IMG/VR virus record: IMGVR_UViG_3300048599_000194
Coordinates: 1 to 64,000 of that record
From: a virus
Taxonomy: Duplodnaviria; Heunggongvirae; Uroviricota; Caudoviricetes
Length of the DNA: 64,000 bases
Reading direction: 5' to 3' (one strand)
Shown: positions 28,139-38,181 of the stretch, one piece after another
How the letters are laid out: each line of letters begins with the position of its first letter
Numbering within the stretch: the stretch's first letter is position 1
Made by a program: the position numbers and the translations under genes
Notes under the pieces: model-generated
What the model was told of the DNA's origin: nothing
Database searches by the model: none
Seen by the model: the letters and a program-made list of their open reading frames with translations, nothing else

Positions 28139-28572
28139 TATCTTAACCTCGAACTAAACTTTTCCAATATGGCTTTAATTTTTGGCGCTGATGTTCTGGT
28201 TGCTTCATCGGGACACCAGTAATCGAGGTCGCCTTCAGATAGCAATTGAATGGCCTCGTTAAGTACTCTATATGCTTTATTTCTGGCGGCAGATACAGAA
28301 TCTAAATCCTGGTTATATACGTCAGCCCCTTCAAGCCCTTTTCCTCCGATTTGATCAGCTAGATCAACAATTGACTTTCCTGCGAGCGCCTTATCCTTAT
28401 GCTTCTGTAAGAACTCTTCGTTAATTTCTATCGGAGGCTTTCTGTCTCGAAGAGCTTTATTATATGTAGGTGCAGAATCAGGAGAATGTCTTAACACCCC
28501 TTCATCGTCGGAAATTGGAGCCGAAGACCCAATTGCTTCGGACATTGCCACAATATCAAGTGCTTTACTCAT
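28138..28572 (-). CDS. late hypothetical protein
   Basis: TAAATA 6 nt upstream of the ATG. Confidence 0.7.
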   Translation of the reverse strand: MSKALDIVAMSEAIGSSAPISDDEGVLRHSPDSAPTYNKALRDRKPPIEINEEFLQKHKDKALAGKSIVDLADQIGGKGLEGADVYNQDLDSVSAARNKAYRVLNEAIQLLSEGDLDYWCPDEATRTSAPKIKAILEKFSSRLR

Positions 28573-28581
28573 AGTACTTAT

Positions 28582-28845
28582 TTATCCTACTGGTGTTATC
28601 TCTTTTACAGATGTAAGATATATCCCAGAATATTTAGCCTTCTTAAAACAGGCAACAAAGATTCGTTGCCCATTTGTTTCTTTATCTATGGCGGCAAATT
28701 TTACCGCATGATCTGCAATATGAGCAGTTTCGGCGGTGATTACCAACTTATTCAAAATCTGCGGATTCTTTATCCCATTTCTCTTAGCATATGCTCTAAT
28801 ACACCAAAGAGGTGTAACTCCTGCTACCAGGACAAGATTATCCAA
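28582..28845 (-). CDS. hypothetical protein
   Basis: 87-aa ORF packed in an operon. Confidence 0.55.
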   Translation of the reverse strand: MDNLVLVAGVTPLWCIRAYAKRNGIKNPQILNKLVITAETAHIADHAVKFAAIDKETNGQRIFVACFKKAKYSGIYLTSVKEITPVG

Positions 28846-29136
28846 TTATCTAACCCATTTCTTCAAAGGGCATTCGCTTTTATCAAATGTAACCTTCTTG
28901 CGTAATTCAGAATCTTTCCAGAATCTAGTTCTAGGACATGCACATTTTTTGCAATAATAATATGGATTTTCAACAGGCGCTCCATTAATATCCAATACAC
29001 CTGCCGCATTTCTCTTTTCAGTGATCATCCAGTCGCAAGCAAAACAAACAGCTAATCTTTGTAGCTGATATTCAGGGAGAGTCTCTCCGCTAAATTTAGC
29101 CCGCAAATACGACATTACATCTTTAATTCCAATCAT
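28846..29136 (-). CDS. small Cys-rich zinc-binding protein
   Basis: RLAVCFAC...CKKCAC...CPLKKW. Confidence 0.75.
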   Translation of the reverse strand: MIGIKDVMSYLRAKFSGETLPEYQLQRLAVCFACDWMITEKRNAAGVLDINGAPVENPYYYCKKCACPRTRFWKDSELRKKVTFDKSECPLKKWVR

Positions 29137-29525
29137 TTGTAAAACCCCTCACCCTTCCATTTATCTAATGTTTCTTGGGTAATAAATTTTTCTTGAATGT
29201 ATAACTGAGCTTCTTCCTCGTTACAATTCAAACGAAGCATTACCATCTGAACGTCTTCATCTTGCCATAGTTTAGTAACTTTTCCGTTTTTTATGTATTT
29301 GTAATTAAAACGAGGGGCGTATCTGATTAAATGTGCAGTAATACTAGCGCGAACAGGTTCAGGGACTGAAGACCATTCATATGAATTAATTTGCTCAAAA
29401 ACTTTAGCCAAAAACATTTTCGGGTTACTAGATAAAACCCGATTTGTTAAAAATGTATTGTACCCTTCATTGCTATCTATTCCATTCAATACGTTGGATA
29501 CGAACTCCCAAGGGGCTACTGACAT
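29133..29525 (-). CDS. clamp loader small subunit (T4 gp62-like)
   Basis: YNTFLTNRVLS motif and C-terminal EEEAQLY pattern. Confidence 0.6.
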   Translation of the reverse strand: MSVAPWEFVSNVLNGIDSNEGYNTFLTNRVLSSNPKMFLAKVFEQINSYEWSSVPEPVRASITAHLIRYAPRFNYKYIKNGKVTKLWQDEDVQMVMLRLNCNEEEAQLYIQEKFITQETLDKWKGEGFYK

Positions 29526-29812
29526 GCAATTGCCCCAACTACAGCTTCAACGGCCTTCTTAGCATCTCTTTTTTTTATATAGTGTGGCTCCAATTTTATT
29601 GGAGCGTCAGTATAATTGCTCTGATTTATTTCTTTAGCATTTCCGATCCGCTTAACAAAATATCCCCACGCAATTTTACCATCCCTAGTTTCTTTTGGGA
29701 ATATAGCCGCAACGTCCCTGTCATTAAACATGTATCGATGAGTGGCTATCTCATGGGTAACCTTAGACCATCGACCAACCTTCTTTGCGATCTTAGTCTT
29801 ATGTTCTTTCAT
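29516..29812 (-). CDS. hypothetical basic protein
   Basis: 98-aa ORF coupled to neighbours. Confidence 0.6.
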   Translation of the reverse strand: MKEHKTKIAKKVGRWSKVTHEIATHRYMFNDRDVAAIFPKETRDGKIAWGYFVKRIGNAKEINQSNYTDAPIKLEPHYIKKRDAKKAVEAVVGAIACQ

Positions 29813-30375
29813 TACAACCCTCCTAAGATTTTCTGTAATTGCTCTAGCTTCTTTTCCGCCGCTATTCGACGCTCAATTTCTTCTTGGCATCTAGCCTCTA
29901 CTACCTGATTAACGATTTCGTGAATTTCTCTTAAGTATGGTGGTATATTATCTGCAGTTAAATCGGCATCCTTATACTTTTCTTTTTTAGACACCCGAGG
30001 TTCATCACTCACTGGTCTAGCTCTAGGCTTTCGCTCCTTCTTTGGCACTGGAGCACCCTGGAAGCCCTGTTGGGGGTATGACTGCACTCCTGGAAGGGTT
30101 GGAGTCTTCGAGGCTTCCTGTTGCACCGGAGAGGAGTTAACGAGCCTAGCTACAATATTGCGAATTGCTTCAAAAAACTGCGGCACTTCAAGCCCCTCTC
30201 CCTCTATTTCAGCAGTTCGATCCATTAAATAATCTTCAATAGAAAGCAAATCGTCTCTAGTAAGATCAACTCCACTAGTAATAGCTCTAATTAAATGAGA
30301 AATCGATTGAATATCTTCATGGTCAGCAAAGCGTTGGAGGAATGAAATTTCATTTGGATTCAGATTATATGCCAT
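29812..30375 (-). CDS. hypothetical protein
   Basis: 187 aa, GAGG SD, C-terminal coiled coil. Confidence 0.7.
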   Translation of the reverse strand: MAYNLNPNEISFLQRFADHEDIQSISHLIRAITSGVDLTRDDLLSIEDYLMDRTAEIEGEGLEVPQFFEAIRNIVARLVNSSPVQQEASKTPTLPGVQSYPQQGFQGAPVPKKERKPRARPVSDEPRVSKKEKYKDADLTADNIPPYLREIHEIVNQVVEARCQEEIERRIAAEKKLEQLQKILGGL

Positions 30376-30403
30376 TATTAACCTCTATGGTCTATTTTAA
30401 CAG

Positions 30404-30428
30404 AAAAGCCCTCTGGAGAGGGCCTTTG
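30404..30428 (-). terminator. intrinsic terminator after groES
   Basis: AAAAGCCCTCT-GG-AGAGGGCCTTT inverted repeat. Confidence 0.8.
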
Positions 30429-30429
30429 A

Positions 30430-30807
30430 TTAGAAGAACTTGCCTGCCGATTGCTGGTCCTTCGGTACCAGATCTTCTCGCCCAACTAGATCGACTTCCT
30501 CTTCAAAAATATGAAGGATTTCATTATACGACATTGAATCATAATAGTTTGTATCTCCAGGGAAACTGATTTTCACTGCATTGTATGGATTATATAGTAT
30601 TACATCACCTATCTTAATACCTGGATCTCTTTCAATGCCTGCAATATTAGGGATAGGATCCCCTACCGCGACTACAATACCCTTGACGAATCGACCGTCT
30701 GAACTCATATTCCCAGAAAGGATTAATTGTCCCTTCTTTTCATGTTCGATTCTCTGTACTAGAACCCTATTTCCAAATGGACGACCTAGCTTCTTATCTT
30801 CAGACAT
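30430..30807 (-). CDS. groES: co-chaperonin GroES (gp31-like)
   Basis: RPFGNRVLV, GIVVAVG, IKIGDVILY. Confidence 0.88.
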   Translation of the reverse strand: MSEDKKLGRPFGNRVLVQRIEHEKKGQLILSGNMSSDGRFVKGIVVAVGDPIPNIAGIERDPGIKIGDVILYNPYNAVKISFPGDTNYYDSMSYNEILHIFEEEVDLVGREDLVPKDQQSAGKFF

Positions 30808-30825
30808 TAAAATACTCCTTGGGTT

Positions 30826-31551
30826 TTACTCCGTCTGAATATATTGTAGCAAATCTTCTCTATTTGGCGAAAATGTAATATATTTTCTAATCTCCCTCAA
30901 TCCACGTTCACACATAGTCTTTAGTTTTTCTTTATTGATATTCATATGCTTTGAAAGTTCTTCATATGTCATAGCATCACCATCAATACCAAACCTACGA
31001 CGAATTACGGTGGCCTGCTGATATGGTATTTTTCTAAGAACATCATCTATGTAACGAGAAATCTCTTTTTCGTCCATGATATTAGAAGGGTCTTCAAATG
31101 TAGTCTGCTCTATTAAATCTTCAATGGTGGATGACGATCCATCTTCATTAAACCTAGGACTATGAATTGGAATCATTACATATCCTAAATCTTTCTGATT
31201 ACTTTCAGGTTGTCTAATTAGACGAGATTTCCCTCTAATGTAACTAGAAATAGAATTCTTAATCCACCATACTGCATATGTCATAAACGTGCATTCCCGA
31301 TTCGCATCAAATCGGTAGATAGCTTTAATTAGTCCTGCCGAACCTTCACTGACAAGTTCATTTATTTCATATTCATCACATATCCCATATCGACCAGCAA
31401 TCATCCTAATAAAGCGTAGATTAGTTGACACTAATTCATCCTGCGCCTCTTTAGACCCATTCTGAGCTAAACGAACTAACTCTTTTTGAGTATTTGCATG
31501 TAATGGATTCTTGGCGTACAATACATTAGAAAAAGAATTAGTATTTCGCAT
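30826..31551 (-). CDS. phage sigma70-family RNA polymerase sigma factor (RpoD/RpoS-like)
   Basis: LVSTNLRF, GLIKAIYRFD, FMTYAVWWI (region 2); VIRRRFGID..MTYEEL (region 4). Confidence 0.92.
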   Translation of the reverse strand: MRNTNSFSNVLYAKNPLHANTQKELVRLAQNGSKEAQDELVSTNLRFIRMIAGRYGICDEYEINELVSEGSAGLIKAIYRFDANRECTFMTYAVWWIKNSISSYIRGKSRLIRQPESNQKDLGYVMIPIHSPRFNEDGSSSTIEDLIEQTTFEDPSNIMDEKEISRYIDDVLRKIPYQQATVIRRRFGIDGDAMTYEELSKHMNINKEKLKTMCERGLREIRKYITFSPNREDLLQYIQTE

Positions 31552-31581
31552 GAGTGCCTTTCTGCTAGACTCAATACGAAT

Positions 31582-31610
31582 ATAATACTTTGGTTCTTAC
31601 AAAATGTCAA
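31582..31610 (-). promoter_or_regulatory. early sigma70-type promoter of the sigma gene
   Basis: TTGACA-N17-TATTAT. Confidence 0.75.
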
Positions 31611-31863
31611 CTAGGAACGTCGGAGTATTAGATCCAACATATGAACCTACAATATTAAATTCAAAGTATTCAATTGCCTCGTCATGCGTCATGTTATCTA
31701 ATAACATCAAACATTCGATGCATTTAACCGAATCATATAATACCGAATATTCATTGAATTTAACAGAAAGTCCTATAATTGCCACGTCGAATTCGCTTGG
31801 CAGGAATAGGACTTCAATGCCACCTCTTTCACAAAAATCTACTATTTGCGATCTGCTCTGCAT
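31597..31863 (-). CDS. conserved phage hypothetical protein
   Basis: FDVAIIG...VLYD...EAIEYFEFNIVGSYVG pattern common in phages. Confidence 0.7.
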   Translation of the reverse strand: MQSRSQIVDFCERGGIEVLFLPSEFDVAIIGLSVKFNEYSVLYDSVKCIECLMLLDNMTHDEAIEYFEFNIVGSYVGSNTPTFLVDIL

Positions 31864-32404
31864 TATCTGTTCTTTCTTTCAAATTTCTTAGATTATTGAG
31901 AATTACTGATGGCATATAGGGGAGCCATTCATCTTTCAATCGCATGCGATATAAGGCCAATTCAAGTGTTGTTTTAGGTTCAATTGGCTGGTATAGTAGT
32001 TTCATTCCAGCTTCTTCAGGGGTACGTCCTGCTTTTCTATTGTTACAACTCTTACATGCAGAAATACAATTCATCCATGAATCTTTACCACCCTTCACCT
32101 GGGGAATGATGTGGTCAACTGTCATGTATTTCGAAGAATGCCTCTCTCCACAGTATGCGCATACATTATTGTCTCTATCATTAATTGCATCATAGTCAAA
32201 TTTTACTTTTTTACTAATTCTAAGTGATCTAGGGGCGACTATGATTTCTGGTAGATACCATTTATCGTGCGCTGAGTAAACTGTCTTATTGCTATAATCC
32301 AATACCGAGAAACGATTGCTAATAATGTTAGCAATTGCCTCTTCCCATCCGACTACTGCCATTGGTTTGTATGAATTATCTACAATTAATACTTGGTGTT
32401 CCAT
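31829..32404 (-). CDS. HNH endonuclease (McrA-like)
   Basis: RDNNVCAYCG, TVDHIIP..KGG..SW.N...ACKSCNNRK...TPEEA. Confidence 0.92.
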   Translation of the reverse strand: MEHQVLIVDNSYKPMAVVGWEEAIANIISNRFSVLDYSNKTVYSAHDKWYLPEIIVAPRSLRISKKVKFDYDAINDRDNNVCAYCGERHSSKYMTVDHIIPQVKGGKDSWMNCISACKSCNNRKAGRTPEEAGMKLLYQPIEPKTTLELALYRMRLKDEWLPYMPSVILNNLRNLKERTDNAEQIANSRFL

Positions 32405-32411
32405 GTTACCC

Positions 32412-32720
32412 TCAGAGAATCAGAGGTTCTGATTCGGCTTTCTTTTTCCTAATAGCTCTTGTATATTTTGCTGGGATCTCCCCACCCCATTGAGCCTCTA
32501 TTATCTTTTCTCTTTTATCCTTTGCCGCAAGACTCATCTCCTTAGTGATCTTTCGCATGTTCACTAAATGTTTCTTAACTCGTCTCACAGTAGAGTATGA
32601 ATTACCTTCAGCCATTGCAGTGAAATCTCGCCTCAGACTCTCTGAAACTTCAAGTAATAAACGGACTAGAGTATGATACATCTCCTCGTCCCGTTCAATG
32701 ACGATCTTCTTACGAGCCAT
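32412..32720 (-). CDS. histone H1-like (Hc1 family) basic protein
   Basis: EGN....RRVKKHL..MRKITKEM resembles the Hc1-family GNKAAGTRARK; ATG 6 nt after GCTACAAT. Confidence 0.55.
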   Translation of the reverse strand: MARKKIVIERDEEMYHTLVRLLLEVSESLRRDFTAMAEGNSYSTVRRVKKHLVNMRKITKEMSLAAKDKREKIIEAQWGGEIPAKYTRAIRKKKAESEPLIL

Positions 32721-32763
32721 GTTCATATTGTAGCAGAGTCCGAGTCACCCTGCCATCTATCCA

Positions 32764-34656
32764 CTACATCAAAAAACTCATACTATAATGATTTCGATAT
32801 TGGATATATTCTCGAATATAACCCAAATTTCCTATCCACTCAAATTCTTGTTTTTCTGCTTCAGTACTATCATATGATCTAGTCTGAGGATGAGTCACAG
32901 TAATAGAATAATCTCTACCTACAATTTTACCTTCTCTAGTTGCGAACATTGCCGCTAATAAATCTATTCCAAATCCAATCTTGTTTACTTCATTATCTAC
33001 ATTTCCAACAGCAAATGCCGCATCTGAAGTTAACATCCAACACATTCCATCAGTATTTGGAACCACCTTGATATCTCTCGAATAATCTGGTAAAGAAGAC
33101 ATATCATAATTCCAGAACGTATAATTAACATTCGGTGCATAAATTGCGGCTTTTTCTGACTTGAAGAATGCTTTTGCGTTGTTTATTAACTTCCTCACAT
33201 CGTGAATTGTTACGTCAGATGTAATAATCATCATATGGCTCCCTGTTAACATATCAAGAGCTTCATTCCATAATCCACTATAGTAGATATTTTCAAATGC
33301 ATATACTCCATCATCTTCAGGAACCGGATTACCACTATAACTATCAAGAACAACCGCTGACACTCCAATTTCACTAAATTGATTTTTTAATTTCAGTGCA
33401 TTGTCCATCAACCCATAATTAAAAATGAACACTTGAAGATCGAAATCCATTATCTTAGCTGTCGATTTTTCTCCAAATATATAGCTCCATTCACGTTCTA
33501 GTATTTGATCCTCAATAGGATTTAATCTTTTACCAATTAATTCCTTTACATTCACGTAGAAATCTAAAGAATTGCTAAGAATAGCATCTCTACTTGCCAC
33601 AAACTGAGCACCAGCACCAAATTTGAATGAAGGGGGGCATTCATATTCAGGGTAAATAGCATCCCAGAATCTTTGTAATGGCAATCCTGGATGATGCGGC
33701 TCTCCATTAACATTACATTCTAGAGTCCCCCTGGAAAGTGCTTCATAATATGCTGAATGAGATCCTTCAATCAAATCAAATATATTTGGACAGTGCGTTG
33801 CAACTTGGCTAGTTCTAATGAAATAGGTATATTCTGGCAGATCCTCGTAATTATCAATGATATAATCCAAATACGAAAGTGCATATGAATTATAGCAATT
33901 TCTATAAATCTCATGAGATAACTGTGAATTCTTAAATGGAGTTAAATCCATATTAGAATCTACATGAATACACATATTCTTATGTGATCTAGGGACTTTT
34001 AGCTTCTTTACATACAATTCGCGGGGGATTACCTTATCGTAATGAAATCCAACGAGTCCATTATTTTTAAGATTGATTGCGCCTAGACTACCAATCCAAA
34101 ATTCGGCCCCGTATCTATTATCAAATGTCTGATTCTGTAGTTTAGGATTTGATAATCCTCGCAAAGCCCCTGACATAATCCACCAGAAATTTCCGGAAAA
34201 ATGAACAGTTGTTGCGTTTGACTTATTTGCTCCAACCGAGATAGCACCATCTCTCAGCATGGAAAAACAGGTGCGCCAATCCTCTACAAGATAATACAGT
34301 AGACCATCAACCCATGTATTGACCCCCTGTTTTTTGGGGTGATCAATTGAATAACTAGCGCCTTTACTGTGTAAATATAATAAAGGTACGTCTTCAATAC
34401 TAACGTAGTCATCATACATCGCTTCGAGAGTAGGCCATTCAGTTCTCGTATTTCTAACATGCCGGAAATTAACCTTATGTTCAGGTAGTCCATGTAATTC
34501 AATGCCATCAAAAGGTCTATCATCATTGATGCATATGTTAATAGAATCTGCGAACTCAGCGAGTCCAGACTCAACCAACTTTGAAAATATTTGGAGATTG
34601 ACGTTCTTCCAATCACCTTCACGCCAAAGATGATAGTAGATTACCGGCCTTTTCAT
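32764..34656 (-). CDS. multidomain glycosyltransferase-like protein
   Basis: N-terminal LYLHSKG..HFSGNFWW..AEFWIG domain, DUF3431-like middle (YIIDNYEDLP, GAQFVASR, LEREW), GT-A-like C-terminus. Confidence 0.7.
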   Translation of the reverse strand: MKRPVIYYHLWREGDWKNVNLQIFSKLVESGLAEFADSINICINDDRPFDGIELHGLPEHKVNFRHVRNTRTEWPTLEAMYDDYVSIEDVPLLYLHSKGASYSIDHPKKQGVNTWVDGLLYYLVEDWRTCFSMLRDGAISVGANKSNATTVHFSGNFWWIMSGALRGLSNPKLQNQTFDNRYGAEFWIGSLGAINLKNNGLVGFHYDKVIPRELYVKKLKVPRSHKNMCIHVDSNMDLTPFKNSQLSHEIYRNCYNSYALSYLDYIIDNYEDLPEYTYFIRTSQVATHCPNIFDLIEGSHSAYYEALSRGTLECNVNGEPHHPGLPLQRFWDAIYPEYECPPSFKFGAGAQFVASRDAILSNSLDFYVNVKELIGKRLNPIEDQILEREWSYIFGEKSTAKIMDFDLQVFIFNYGLMDNALKLKNQFSEIGVSAVVLDSYSGNPVPEDDGVYAFENIYYSGLWNEALDMLTGSHMMIITSDVTIHDVRKLINNAKAFFKSEKAAIYAPNVNYTFWNYDMSSLPDYSRDIKVVPNTDGMCWMLTSDAAFAVGNVDNEVNKIGFGIDLLAAMFATREGKIVGRDYSITVTHPQTRSYDSTEAEKQEFEWIGNLGYIREYIQYRNHYSMSFLM

Positions 34657-34661
34657 GTATT

Positions 34662-34889
34662 TTATCCTCTACGGTAGGGTATGAATATCAGATGTTTTAC
34701 TCCCATCGATTCTTTGATCTCAGGGGAGAACAACTCTGCCTGCTTTTTAATGTAATCTGAAGCCTTCGCAGGTGGAAGATTTCCTGTTTCTACCCTAATT
34801 ATAGCAACCTCACCAAAGATCTCAATGTCGATTCCTGGCTTAACTATCTTTAGCTTAACGATTAACCAATTTCTAATCTTCTTAATCAC
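34662..34889 (-). CDS. small protein with a T4 portal-like GNLPxxKA motif
   Basis: IIRVETGNLPPAKASDYIK. Confidence 0.55.
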   Translation of the reverse strand: MIKKIRNWLIVKLKIVKPGIDIEIFGEVAIIRVETGNLPPAKASDYIKKQAELFSPEIKESMGVKHLIFIPYRRG

Positions 34890-34895
34890 AATGAA

Positions 34896-35438
34896 TTACT
34901 TTCTGAAAATGTAATATGCACCGCAAATTGCATCTTCGGTTAAAAAATTAAATCCAAATTCTGAATATCTATCTAGAAATACTTCATGCGTCAAATCAGG
35001 CTGTAGATGAATCTCATGTTCATTACCATCATACACGCCTTGCTCATATAGATACGGAACCTGCACAACCACCGAGATTCCGGCTTTTTCTATTGCATTT
35101 AGAACTTTTTTAGCGTCTTCTATATTCAAGTGTTCTAGTACATCACCCATTATGGCCAAATTATGCGTCTTGCCTGAAAATTTATACTCCGTCACATTCA
35201 CATTGAATATGTTCCTATACCTATCTTTCAATTTGAAATCATTAATATACTTTTCGTATACCTCAATTCCATCCATCACGTATTCAGGAAATAAATCTCT
35301 GTATATACCAGCGCCACATCCAATGTCAATTATTGATGTATTGTCTGGACTAAAATTCGATTTTATTAGATTTACTACTGATGCGTAGTGTGCAGGGTGA
35401 CTGTATGGCATTTGATTATTTAGGTAGCTGATTTCCAA
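34896..35438 (-). CDS. class I SAM-dependent methyltransferase
   Basis: IIDIGCGAG, GIE, GDVLEH. Confidence 0.88.
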   Translation of the reverse strand: MEISYLNNQMPYSHPAHYASVVNLIKSNFSPDNTSIIDIGCGAGIYRDLFPEYVMDGIEVYEKYINDFKLKDRYRNIFNVNVTEYKFSGKTHNLAIMGDVLEHLNIEDAKKVLNAIEKAGISVVVQVPYLYEQGVYDGNEHEIHLQPDLTHEVFLDRYSEFGFNFLTEDAICGAYYIFRK

Positions 35439-36208
35439 AAAATATCAGCTTCAGAAATGGCTTCACTTAGTTCCTTAGAATGAGGACATGTCTTTATTTT
35501 CCATTCACTATATGCCCGATTAGAATCAAATGGATGAATACATCTAATTGAATTAGACATTAAGAACTTATATCCGTTTTTATACGCATCTTTCATTAAA
35601 TTGCAATCATCCGACGCATAAACTCCAAGTACATGGTATCCATTAACTCGATTCCAGAACTCAGTTGAAATGAATAGGCACCCTCCCGCAACTCCACCGT
35701 CTCCATTTGGGTGACATATCATTTCCGTCTGATGTGCGCCTCCATAATAATATGTATTCTCATAACACAATGGTAGTATTTGACAATTATTCTCTTCCTG
35801 GAATAGAGAAATAAGTGCAGGATTAAGAGACTTAGACCTCGCATATTCAAAGGCTTCAATTAATCTACCAATCAAATCAATCTCGCTCGACTTAAATATA
35901 ATATCAGAATCTGCAGTTAAAAAATATTCTGAATCTCCTATATTATTCAAAGCTAGTTCATTTACAATATACGCCTTTCCATAATTCTTATCAAATCTAA
36001 AAATTTTATATTTTTTACATCTAGAGTGAATATATGATTCTATCTCAGCCCACAATACATCTGAGGATGCATATCCGCCGAATACGCATTCAAATGAATA
36101 TTCTTGAGCATCATAATAATCAAAAAAACTATTCAAACTAAGTAAATTCCTACGTAACATTTCGTCATTTGGCGCAAATATTGGCTGTATATATTTAACG
36201 AGCATCAA
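35420..36208 (-). CDS. GT-A fold glycosyltransferase
   Basis: NYGKAYIVN, LTADSDI (DxD), GGC, YASDD. Confidence 0.8.
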   Translation of the reverse strand: MMLVKYIQPIFAPNDEMLRRNLLSLNSFFDYYDAQEYSFECVFGGYASSDVLWAEIESYIHSRCKKYKIFRFDKNYGKAYIVNELALNNIGDSEYFLTADSDIIFKSSEIDLIGRLIEAFEYARSKSLNPALISLFQEENNCQILPLCYENTYYYGGAHQTEMICHPNGDGGVAGGCLFISTEFWNRVNGYHVLGVYASDDCNLMKDAYKNGYKFLMSNSIRCIHPFDSNRAYSEWKIKTCPHSKELSEAISEADIFWKSAT

Positions 36209-36938
36209 AAAAACCTTTCAAATCAACACTTTCATATTTACTATATTCGACTGCATATCTGACATTAGTTTCATTTGCTACTGTTATTAGACTATTAATT
36301 CCTGAATCTTTTCTCCACGACATTCCTTCAAAGTGTGTAAAATATTCACCTTCCAGGTTATGATTTAATACCCTAGCGCCGCATCTCATAGCATCTTCTA
36401 AAAATGTAGCACCTACGTCATATTTTTTAATGTCATGATATTCAGTAACTGGAATATTTTGATAGAATCCTTCTGATCTAGTTTCTTTAATTCTATTCAT
36501 ATCTACAAATCTAATACTATGGTTCCTAATAAATTCAACATCAATGAAACAATACCACGGATGTATTCTGCGATGCAGTAAATATCCACCCCTATCACCT
36601 TCAACTCTACCTGCCAACTGAATACCATTCAGTATATATTCATTGATCACATTGAATAATGATCGATTGAATACAACATCAGAATCAACTAATAGCATAT
36701 ACTTAGTACTAACTAATTGTAATGCGGCTTCCACCCCCCTATAATGAACAGAACCTCTATTTCGAATATATGGTATTTCATTTTCTACATAAAAAGGTAT
36801 GCTATCGTCATTTGTTGAATGTTCCATGAGGAGACATTTATTACTCACGTCGTGATTATGATATTTCCACGATCTGAGCATTGTTTGTATTTGTTCTGGA
36901 GTATTGTAATTACAACTTACAAGCGTTAAATCAACCAT
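36195..36938 (-). CDS. glycosyltransferase family 2-like protein
   Basis: VSCNYNT, LLVDSDV (DxD); start at ATG 36938. Confidence 0.8.
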   Translation of the reverse strand: MVDLTLVSCNYNTPEQIQTMLRSWKYHNHDVSNKCLLMEHSTNDDSIPFYVENEIPYIRNRGSVHYRGVEAALQLVSTKYMLLVDSDVVFNRSLFNVINEYILNGIQLAGRVEGDRGGYLLHRRIHPWYCFIDVEFIRNHSIRFVDMNRIKETRSEGFYQNIPVTEYHDIKKYDVGATFLEDAMRCGARVLNHNLEGEYFTHFEGMSWRKDSGINSLITVANETNVRYAVEYSKYESVDLKGFFDAR

Positions 36939-37734
36939 TTTCAAAAACCTCATCAATAGTAATTGCATATTTCTTTAGATAATCAAATTTTAGATTTATT
37001 GCATTAGCGTCCATATTATATTGGTGCCCGTAATTATGCTTTTTGTTAAAATCAGACAACCTATTCTTAAATTCTGCATGTCTGTTAATTACATATTCAC
37101 GATCAACGTATTTCATATGAAATAGATATAGCGGTTCAATTGTTGATTCGACTTCAATGGATTTCTTAATTTTGTCATTATCCGAATGAGTTACACTAAA
37201 CATATGACATCCTGGTCTATATATTGGAATTAACTCTCTACTGAAAATGCATCTCTTATTGAATGTGCTATCCATTACATATTTCTTATCGTTTGCTGTA
37301 GATAAATCATACGCATCATCAAATGTATCGGTTACAACTTGAACACCTAAAACTTTAGGAAGAATATAGCCTTTCTTCATTGAAGCTAGGTATCTAATAA
37401 GGCGCTTTTTATCCCCCATGTCAGCATTTTTGACATCTAGGTATTCATCACAATCAACCACAATATAATAGTCTGACTTATATTTCTTCCATGCATTATT
37501 TTTAATTTCTAGATATACGTCATCTCGTATTTGATTATTTGTATCGTAATCTATGATTTCAATTTTACATCCAGGGAAATCGTCAGCGGCTTCCTTACAA
37601 AGTTCGACGGTTCGATCCGTAGACATGTTATTATAGACGACTATCCTTTTAACCCCTAACATGGCATAATGCGCCAAGAATGAGTAAATGGATTTCTCTT
37701 CGTTATAGCAAACGGTCAAAACTGTAATTCTCAT
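36931..37734 (-). CDS. glycosyltransferase family 2-like protein
   Basis: CYNEE, YNNMSTDRT, VVDCDE, PGCH. Confidence 0.85.
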   Translation of the reverse strand: MRITVLTVCYNEEKSIYSFLAHYAMLGVKRIVVYNNMSTDRTVELCKEAADDFPGCKIEIIDYDTNNQIRDDVYLEIKNNAWKKYKSDYYIVVDCDEYLDVKNADMGDKKRLIRYLASMKKGYILPKVLGVQVVTDTFDDAYDLSTANDKKYVMDSTFNKRCIFSRELIPIYRPGCHMFSVTHSDNDKIKKSIEVESTIEPLYLFHMKYVDREYVINRHAEFKNRLSDFNKKHNYGHQYNMDANAINLKFDYLKKYAITIDEVFENG

Positions 37735-37749
37735 GTGAGTATTATAGCG

Positions 37750-38130
37750 TTATTGCTTCTTATCGTCTTCAGTAGATTCTGATTTAGCTTCCGAATCGGA
37801 TTCATCTTCTGCGTTTGTGTTAGTTTCGTCTACTGTTTTTTCTGCTTCTTGCTCAGGTTCACTGTCTTGTGTTCTTGGCTGTTTAGATTCTTCAGTTGCC
37901 GTATAAATTCCCTTTTCTGCAAATCGACCGACAACATACGTACCCATTGCAGTTCCTAGAAAAACATCTGCCATGTGGATAATAGATTCATTTAATGGCA
38001 CTGAATATAAAAATGAGGCCATCAATATAAATGAATAAATTGCAACTGAATATGTAGCGATTACTCGTTTGTTTGATGGATTTCCGTCAGGTTCCGTAAA
38101 AATCCTCTGAATAAAATTCTTCCACTTCAT
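37750..38130 (-). CDS. putative holin (two TM segments, acidic tail)
   Basis: SNKRVIA followed by two hydrophobic helices; TAAATA 5 nt upstream; next to the endolysin. Confidence 0.6.
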   Translation of the reverse strand: MKWKNFIQRIFTEPDGNPSNKRVIATYSVAIYSFILMASFLYSVPLNESIIHMADVFLGTAMGTYVVGRFAEKGIYTATEESKQPRTQDSEPEQEAEKTVDETNTNAEDESDSEAKSESTEDDKKQ

Positions 38131-38181
38131 GTAAATATTTATCGAAAGGCTAAATATTTGCATCAATAAGGAGGAGAATAA

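Noticed and set aside
31829-32404. HNH gene as an intron-encoded homing endonuclease
   Set aside because: Free-standing McrA-like type; flanking ORFs are not two halves of one gene
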